DNA of 32,000 nucleotides, taken from contig NC_000964.3 in NCBI RefSeq assembly GCF_000009045.1, positions 780,001 to 812,000 of the forward strand, in the 5' to 3' direction. Under the pieces are notes generated by a model. The model was not told the origin of the DNA, ran no database searches, and saw nothing but the letters and a program-made list of their open reading frames with translations. Position 1 is the stretch's first letter. Each line of letters begins with the position of its first letter. Origin of the DNA: Bacillus subtilis subsp. subtilis str. 168. GTDB lineage: Bacteria; Bacillota; Bacilli; Bacillales; Bacillaceae. Shown here piece by piece: positions 25,456-32,000 of this stretch. The position numbers and the translations under genes were made by a program.

Positions 25456-26841
25456 TTATTTGTTTAATAAGCTGTGTTTTCTCGAATATAGGAAGTAAAC
25501 CAGCGTTCCGACAGCGATCCAGATGACAAATGAAAGCCATGTGACGCCGGGAAGGCTGTACATGAACCAAAGGCAGATGCCTGCGCTGATAATCGGCACA
25601 ACCGGAACGAATGGCACTCTGAAGGACGCTTTGATTTCAGGATGTTTCTTTCTTAACACAATGACAGCAATGGAAATGACCGTAAACGCGGCAAGTGTTC
25701 CCATGTTCACCAGATGGGCCAGCGTTCCGAGGTTAATAAAGCCGGCGATTCCCGCTGCAACGATCCCTGTCAGCCATGTGTTGCGGAACGGGGTTTTAAA
25801 TGACGGATGAACCTTTGCGAACAATCCAGGCAGAAGGCCGTCTCTGCTCATGGCAAATGTCAAGCGGACCTGTGCGTACAGCAAAGCGAGCATCACCGTC
25901 GTAATCCCGATAATCGCACCGACAGAAATAATTCCGGCAACAGCGTCCTGTCCGACGAATTTCAGCGCAAAGGATACAGGATCTCCGACATTCAATTTGG
26001 CATAAGGCATCATGCCTGTCAGCACAAGCGATACCGCGATGTACAGAACCGTACAGACGGCTAGAGCTGAAATAATGCCGACGGGCATGTTTTTTTGCGG
26101 ATTTTTCACTTCCTCTGATGCGTTAGAAACCGCGTCAAACCCAAGGTACGCGAAGAATACAGTGGCAGCGCTAAGTATGACGCCTTTCATCCCGAATGGC
26201 ATAAAAGGAGACCAGTTATCCGGTTTCACATAGCCGATGCCGACAATAATGAACAATAATATGATCGCGATTTTCATCAGTACGATGACGTTGTTAAAGC
26301 GTGTGCTTTCCTTGACGCCTCTGCTGACAATCGCAGTGATGAGGAGAATGATCACCGCAGCCGGAAGGTTAAATACGGCGCCCGCCATGCTTCCCGGCGC
26401 TCCTGTCAGTGCAGCCGGAATATGAAGATTGAAGCCGGCAAGCAGTGATTGAAAGTATGAAGACCAGCCGGTGGCAACCGCCGACAGTGCAATGACATAT
26501 TCAAGCATGAGATCCCATCCGATCAAAAAGGCGAGCAGCTCTCCAAGTGTCACGTATGAGTATGAGTACACGCTTCCCGAAATCGGAATGGAAGACGAAA
26601 ACTCAGCATAACAGAAAGCAGCCAGCGCACAGGCGAGCCCCGCTAAAATAAACGATATGATGAGGGCGGGACCTGCACCGGTCGCTGCCACTGTTCCTGT
26701 AATGACAAAAATCCCTGTACCGATGACACAACCGATACCGAGCAAGGTTAAATCAAATGCGCTTAACGTACGGGCAAGGCTTTTTGACTTGCTCTGCGCA
26801 CTCAATGTTTCAAGCGGTTTTTTTCTAAATAATGAACTCAT
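25456..26841 (-). CDS. yfnA: YfnA, APC-superfamily (cationic) amino acid/metabolite permease
   Basis: 461 aa 12-TM protein (LTLLGIGCVIGTGIFVITGTVAA...YCEFSS-like CYAEFSSSIPISGSVYSYSYVTLGE). ATG 26841 preceded by AGGAGGA. Confidence 0.92.
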   Translation of the reverse strand: MSSLFRKKPLETLSAQSKSKSLARTLSAFDLTLLGIGCVIGTGIFVITGTVAATGAGPALIISFILAGLACALAAFCYAEFSSSIPISGSVYSYSYVTLGELLAFLIGWDLMLEYVIALSAVATGWSSYFQSLLAGFNLHIPAALTGAPGSMAGAVFNLPAAVIILLITAIVSRGVKESTRFNNVIVLMKIAIILLFIIVGIGYVKPDNWSPFMPFGMKGVILSAATVFFAYLGFDAVSNASEEVKNPQKNMPVGIISALAVCTVLYIAVSLVLTGMMPYAKLNVGDPVSFALKFVGQDAVAGIISVGAIIGITTVMLALLYAQVRLTFAMSRDGLLPGLFAKVHPSFKTPFRNTWLTGIVAAGIAGFINLGTLAHLVNMGTLAAFTVISIAVIVLRKKHPEIKASFRVPFVPVVPIISAGICLWFMYSLPGVTWLSFVIWIAVGTLVYFLYSRKHSLLNK

Positions 26842-27090
26842 CAAAAGTTCCTCCTAGAAATATTCAAAATATTCTAATCATTATATGCAGTTCTTGTTGT
26901 ATTATATTGTCGAAATTTGACGTAGTCAATAAAATATTTTTCTGCTTTAAATGATAGAAGCGAAACAGCGTTGTCGTATCATAGGATAGTAATTTTTACT
27001 AATCGTATATTCAATTTTATGCAAGATGAACCGATAGAAAAAATAGATTCGCCCATATTTTGATTTGCGGTTATAAAGGAGATGCTGACC

Positions 27091-28548
27091 ATGTTTCAAT
27101 ATGAAGAGTTGAATAAACAGTTTATCGGCGGGAAATGGCAGGAGGGCAGCAGCCCAAATGTATTGGAAAACAAAAATCCTTATACTCAAAAAACATTCAC
27201 AACATTCCGTAAAGCGACTGCTGACGATGTAGATGAAGCGTATCGGGCAGCGGCGCTGGCAAAGAAAAAATGGGATGCGGTCAACCCGTTCGAGAAAAGA
27301 ACCATTTTAGAAAAAGCCGTCACGTATATTGAAGAAAATGAAGAAGCCATTATTTATTTGATTATGGAGGAGCTAGGCGGTACAAGGCTCAAAGCAGCTT
27401 TTGAAATCGGTCTTGTCAAAAACATCATAAAAGAAGCGGCAACGTTCCCAATCCGCATGGAGGGGAAAATTCTTCCGTCAACAATAGATGGCAAGGAAAA
27501 CAGATTATATCGCGTGCCGGCAGGCGTTGTCGGTGTCATCAGTCCGTTTAACTTCCCATTCTTTTTATCTATGAAATCAGTGGCGCCTGCACTCGGAGCC
27601 GGCAATGGCGTTGTGCTAAAGCCGCATGAGGAAACGCCGATTTGCGGCGGAACGCTGATTGCGAAAATTTTTGAGAACGCGGGAATTCCAGCGGGGCTGC
27701 TGAATGTTGTTGTCACAGACATTGCTGAAATCGGCGACAGCTTCGTTGAGCATCCAGTGCCGCGGATCATCTCATTTACCGGTTCTACGAAAGTCGGCAG
27801 CTACATCGGACAGCTTGCGATGAAGCATTTTAAAAAGCCGCTTCTTGAGCTTGGCGGGAACAGCGCCTTCATCGTACTTGAGGATGCAGATATAGAATAT
27901 GCGGTCAATGCGGCGGTGTTCAGCCGATTTACACATCAAGGGCAGATTTGCATGTCAGCCAACCGCGTGCTTGTTCATTCTTCTATTTATGACAAGTTCC
28001 TTGAGCTGTACCAGGCAAAAGTGGAATCGCTGAAAGTCGGCGACCCAATGGACCCTGATACGATTATCGGGCCATTAATCAACAGCAGACAGACGGACGG
28101 GCTGATGAAGACTGTAGAGCAAGCAATTGAAGAAGGCGCTGTACCAGTGAAGCTTGGCGGATTTAACGGGACGATCGTGGAACCGACGATCTTAAAAGAC
28201 GTCAAACCGTTCATGAGCATTGCCAAGGAAGAGCTGTTCGGACCAGTCGTCTCCTTTATGAAGTTTGATTCAGAAGACGAAGCGGTGGATATCGCAAACG
28301 AAACCCCGTTTGGCTTGAGCGGTGCCGTACATACGTCAAATCTTGAGCGCGGCGTGGCTTTTGCGAAACGCATTGAAACAGGCATGATTCACGTCAATGA
28401 CACGACCATCAATGATGAACCGAATGTAGCCTTCGGCGGTGAAAAGCAATCAGGCCTCGGCCGTTTAAACGGTGAGTGGAGCCTCGAAGAATTTACAACG
28501 CTGAAATGGATCTCGGTCCAGCACGAAAAACGCAGCTTCCCTTATTAA
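27091..28548 (+). CDS. yfmT: YfmT, aldehyde (vanillin-type) dehydrogenase
   Basis: 485 aa: ISPFNFPFFLSMKSVAPALGAGNGVVLKPHEETP, FTGSTKVG, LELGGNSAFIVLEDAD, FTHQGQICMSANR. RBS AAAGGAG before ATG 27091. Confidence 0.93.
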   Translation: MFQYEELNKQFIGGKWQEGSSPNVLENKNPYTQKTFTTFRKATADDVDEAYRAAALAKKKWDAVNPFEKRTILEKAVTYIEENEEAIIYLIMEELGGTRLKAAFEIGLVKNIIKEAATFPIRMEGKILPSTIDGKENRLYRVPAGVVGVISPFNFPFFLSMKSVAPALGAGNGVVLKPHEETPICGGTLIAKIFENAGIPAGLLNVVVTDIAEIGDSFVEHPVPRIISFTGSTKVGSYIGQLAMKHFKKPLLELGGNSAFIVLEDADIEYAVNAAVFSRFTHQGQICMSANRVLVHSSIYDKFLELYQAKVESLKVGDPMDPDTIIGPLINSRQTDGLMKTVEQAIEEGAVPVKLGGFNGTIVEPTILKDVKPFMSIAKEELFGPVVSFMKFDSEDEAVDIANETPFGLSGAVHTSNLERGVAFAKRIETGMIHVNDTTINDEPNVAFGGEKQSGLGRLNGEWSLEEFTTLKWISVQHEKRSFPY

Positions 28549-28561
28549 TGAAAAGGAGTGA

Positions 28562-29422
28562 ATGGAATTGACCATAAATACGGAAAAAGAAACCGCAGAT
28601 ATTCTGGACGCATTTATCAAAGTAGCCCCTTATTTAAACAGCCTGGTTCAGGATGATATTACAATCGGCATTTATGATACGGAAAAACTGCTCGTGAATA
28701 TACCGGCCAAAACCTTTTCGCTGAACGTAAAAGCCGGCGATCCGCTGCAGGAAGGGGATATCATCACAGATGCCATCCGCAGCAATCAGAAGAAGACGAG
28801 CATGGTTCCGAAAGAATTGTTCGGCTTCCCATTGATCGCGCGTGCCATCCCGCTGCACGACGAGAATGGAAGAGTCATTGGAGGCGTCGGCCTCGGAACG
28901 AGCCTTGAGGAGTCGTCAAAGCTGCATGATGTCGCGGAAAGCTTATCAGCTGTTGTTGAACAAACAGCCGCGGCTATTTCCGACATTTCTGAATCAATTA
29001 ACGGGTTTTCAACTCAAATGTCGGGCATTTCCTCTCAGGCGAAAAAAGTAAGCGAAAGCGCCGGTGAAATCGCCGATATTTCAGTAACTGTTAAAGGCAT
29101 CTCGGACCAAAGCAATCTGCTCGGCTTGAACGCCGCGATCGAAGCGGCAAGAGCAGGGGAGTCCGGAAAAGGATTCTCTGTCGTCGCAGATGAGATCAGA
29201 AAGCTAGCGACGCATTCAAAAGAAAATGTCGGCCAAATTGACCAGATTACGAAAAAAATCCACAGCCTGCTGAAAGGGCTGGAGGAATCCATTGAGTCGA
29301 TTAACCAGCATACAGACGGACAAGCCGCTGCTGTTGAACAAATTTCCGCCACGATGCAGGAGATTTCAGGAAGCGCGCAGCATCTTGCGAAAATGGCCGA
29401 AAAAGCGCTTGAGGAAGAGTAA
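28562..29422 (+). CDS. yfmS: YfmS, soluble chemoreceptor-like (MCP signalling domain) protein
   Basis: 286 aa, no TM segment or HAMP. Conserved MCP hairpin tip-type region ([52 protein letters not shown]). Confidence 0.92.
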   Translation: MELTINTEKETADILDAFIKVAPYLNSLVQDDITIGIYDTEKLLVNIPAKTFSLNVKAGDPLQEGDIITDAIRSNQKKTSMVPKELFGFPLIARAIPLHDENGRVIGGVGLGTSLEESSKLHDVAESLSAVVEQTAAAISDISESINGFSTQMSGISSQAKKVSESAGEIADISVTVKGISDQSNLLGLNAAIEAARAGESGKGFSVVADEIRKLATHSKENVGQIDQITKKIHSLLKGLEESIESINQHTDGQAAAVEQISATMQEISGSAQHLAKMAEKALEEE

Positions 29423-29423
29423 G

Positions 29424-29453
29424 AGACCGGGGACAAACATCCCCGGTCTTTTT
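29424..29453 (+). terminator. Rho-independent terminator after yfmTS
   Basis: AGACCGGGGA CAAACA TCCCCGGTCT TTTT. Confidence 0.9.
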
Positions 29454-29556
29454 CTTATCCTGCATTTCCATGAAATTCGTCTGACGTTTTACTAGTTTTA
29501 TTCCAGCGGCTGATTTAAAATGTACACATGAACTTACGTGAGGATTGATAGGAACC

Positions 29557-31446
29557 ATGAGCATATTAAAAGCGGAAAATCTTTATAAAACATACGGAGA
29601 TAAAACATTATTTGACCATATCTCCTTTCATATTGAAGAGAATGAGAGAATCGGATTAATCGGGCCGAACGGAACAGGAAAATCAACGCTGTTGAAAGTG
29701 ATTGCCGGCTTGGAATCTATCGAAGAAGGAGAAATCACGAAATCCGGAAGCGTGCAGGTCGAATTTCTTCATCAAGACCCGGAGCTGCCTGCGGGGCAAA
29801 CAGTGCTGGAGCATATCTATTCCGGTGAATCGGCTGTGATGAAAACCTTGCGTGAATATGAAAAAGCGCTGTATGAACTGGGGAAAGATCCCGAAAATGA
29901 ACAGCGCCAGAAACACCTGCTGGCAGCACAAGCGAAAATGGACGCGAACAATGCATGGGATGCAAACACCTTGGCAAAAACCGTATTGTCTAAGCTGGGC
30001 GTCAACGACGTAACAAAACCGGTCAATGAGCTCTCAGGCGGCCAGAAAAAACGGGTGGCCATTGCCAAAAACTTAATTCAGCCCGCTGATTTGCTCATTT
30101 TGGACGAGCCGACAAACCATTTGGATAATGAAACGATTGAGTGGCTTGAAGGGTATTTAAGCCAATATCCCGGCGCCGTCATGCTGGTGACGCACGATAG
30201 ATATTTCTTAAACCGTGTCACCAACCGCATTTATGAGCTTGAAAGAGGCAGCCTCTACACTTACAAAGGCAACTATGAAGTGTTTTTAGAAAAACGCGCG
30301 GAACGGGAAGCGCAGGCTGAGCAAAAGGAAACGAAGCGGCAAAACCTGCTGCGCCGCGAACTGGCTTGGCTCAGACGAGGAGCGAAAGCCCGCTCCACAA
30401 AACAAAAAGCGAGAATTGACCGGGTAGAGACGCTTAAAGAGCAGACAGGCCCTCAGTCATCAGGTTCACTCGATTTTGCCATTGGCTCGCACCGTCTCGG
30501 AAAACAGGTTATTGAAGCGGAGAACGTCATGATCGCTTATGACGGCCGCATGCTCGTCGACCGTTTTAATGAACTTGTCATACCAGGTGAACGGATCGGG
30601 ATCATCGGGCCGAACGGCATCGGGAAAACAACGCTGTTAAATGCCCTTGCCGGCCGTCATACGCCGGACGGAGGCGATATTACGATCGGACAGACGGTCA
30701 GAATCGGCTACTATACTCAGGATCATAGTGAAATGAACGGTGAGTTAAAAGTCATTGACTATATAAAAGAAACGGCGGAGGTCGTAAAAACGGCAGATGG
30801 CGATATGATTACAGCTGAACAAATGCTCGAGCGTTTCCTCTTCCCGCGTTCGATGCAGCAGACGTATATCCGCAAGCTGTCCGGCGGGGAAAAACGCCGT
30901 TTATACTTGCTTCAGGTTCTCATGCAGGAGCCGAATGTCCTGTTTCTCGATGAGCCGACGAACGATTTGGATACTGAAACATTAAGCGTTCTTGAGGATT
31001 ATATTGACCAGTTCCCAGGCGTCGTCATCACCGTATCCCATGACCGCTATTTCCTTGACCGCGTCGTCGACCGTTTGATTGTATTTGAAGGAAATGGTGT
31101 CATTTCCCGCTTTCAAGGCTCCTATAGCGACTATATGGAGGAGTCAAAAGCGAAAAAAGCGGCCCCAAAACCGGCAGCTGAGGAAAAAACGGCTGAAGCC
31201 GAGCCGAAGAAAAAACGGAAAAAGCTTTCTTACAAAGACCAGTTGGAATGGGACGGCATCGAAGATAAAATTGCCCAGCTGGAAGAAAAGCATGAACAGC
31301 TTGAAGCTGACATCGCCGCAGCAGGCAGTGATTTTGGCAAAATCCAAGAGCTGATGGCCGAGCAGGCGAAAACGGCGGAAGAGCTTGAGGCTGCGATGGA
31401 CCGCTGGACAGAATTGTCCCTCATGATCGAAGAACTGGAAAGCTAA
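29557..31446 (+). CDS. yfmR: YfmR, ABC-F family ATPase
   Basis: 629 aa with two ABC domains: GPNGTGKST / [15 protein letters not shown] / LDEPTNHLD and GPNGIGKTT / [15 protein letters not shown] / LDEPTNDLD, plus a basic interdomain linker and a C-terminal coiled coil. No TM. Confidence 0.95.
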   Translation: [629 protein letters not shown]

Positions 31447-31478
31447 AAAGCGTGGCCGCAGCAGGCCGCGCTTTTTTT
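31445..31478 (+). terminator. Rho-independent terminator after yfmR
   Basis: AAAAAGCG-T-GGCC GCAGCA GGCC-G-CGCTTTTTTT. Confidence 0.88.
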
Positions 31479-31568
31479 CACATAATGGACAAAAACGAAC
31501 CGGCCTGCTTATGTTAGGATAAAGTTGTGTGTCAGCGGCACATGGAAAACTAACGGAGATGATGAAGT

Positions 31569-32000
31569 ATGACATGGGCGATCGTGATGTTAATTCTCAT
31601 GAGTCTGGTGAAAATCGTATTAACCTGTCTTCCTACAGGCGTCATAGAATGGCTGCTCGGCAAATTTGAAGTGCACGCCAAGCTGAGTGACGAAAATGCG
31701 AGTCTCTCTCTAGATGGAAAACGCCTCGAGGGTGCAGAGAAGCAGAAAGTGATTGATCAATTTAACGAAGCTATCTTCCTGGAAAAATATTATATCTATC
31801 CAGGTGATGAAGAGCGTTATTTACATCCGGAAAACGGCGGCACGCCTCTGGTGATAGATACAAAAAAAGGAAAAAAAGACGTGAAGCTGTTCGTGTACCG
31901 CTACGACGACCATATCGACGTCGTGAAACAGTACAAGAAGAAAGTGATCGCGTATCGAGTGCTTTCTGAAAGCCTTCAAAAAGAGTCTCTGTCAGTGGCG
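31569..32000 (+). CDS. yfmQ: YfmQ, uncharacterised protein (3' end outside the window)
   Basis: Open frame from ATG 31569 to the window edge: MTWAIVMLILMSLVKIVLTCLPTGVIEWLLGKFEVHAKLSDENASLSLDG.... Absent from the supplied track because no stop lies within the window. Confidence 0.8.
   Translation, partial: MTWAIVMLILMSLVKIVLTCLPTGVIEWLLGKFEVHAKLSDENASLSLDGKRLEGAEKQKVIDQFNEAIFLEKYYIYPGDEERYLHPENGGTPLVIDTKKGKKDVKLFVYRYDDHIDVVKQYKKKVIAYRVLSESLQKESLSVA

Noticed and set aside
27354-28385. Minus-strand ORFs of 138 and 132 aa antisense to yfmT
   Set aside because: Typical shadow ORFs of a well-conserved aldehyde dehydrogenase gene; nothing supports expression.
1-32000. Integrated element, defence island, toxin-antitoxin pair or secondary-metabolite cluster
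   Set aside because: No integrase, transposase, att-like repeats, tRNA or phage genes were found. Gene content and order match ordinary B. subtilis core chromosome throughout.

Overview
The window reads as ordinary Bacillus subtilis-type core chromosome. Synteny and proteins I recognise run from the lpl/yet cluster through yfn to yfm. From left to right: a sugar ABC importer with an alpha-galacturonidase (lplA 3' part, lplB, lplC, lplD); yetF; an HmoA-type heme monooxygenase (yetG); a VOC protein (yetH); a Gly/Pro-rich ORF with 48-bp repeats; a split RsbR-like pair (probably yetI/yezB); tiny yezD; yetJ (TMBIM); yetK (EamA); yetL/yetM with a perfect operator palindrome; yetN; the P450-reductase fusion yetO; the lipoteichoic acid synthase paralog ltaSA (yfnI); the nucleotide-sugar/glycosyltransferase cluster yfnHGFED; yfnC, yfnB, yfnA; yfmT-yfmS; yfmR (ABC-F); and the start of yfmQ. 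I see no mobile element, CRISPR array, rRNA or tRNA. I found no convincing new multigene system. The items most worth a second look are: (1) an RsbR-like gene broken into globin-like and STAS halves by an apparent one-base frameshift; (2) a repeat-bearing Gly/Pro-rich ORF with a possible SigK-like promoter, divergent from it; (3) a near-perfect PerR-box-like sequence on the yezD promoter; (4) the sporulation-type glycosylation cluster next to a SigM-type lta synthase; and (5) the coupling of an aldehyde dehydrogenase to a soluble chemoreceptor-like protein.
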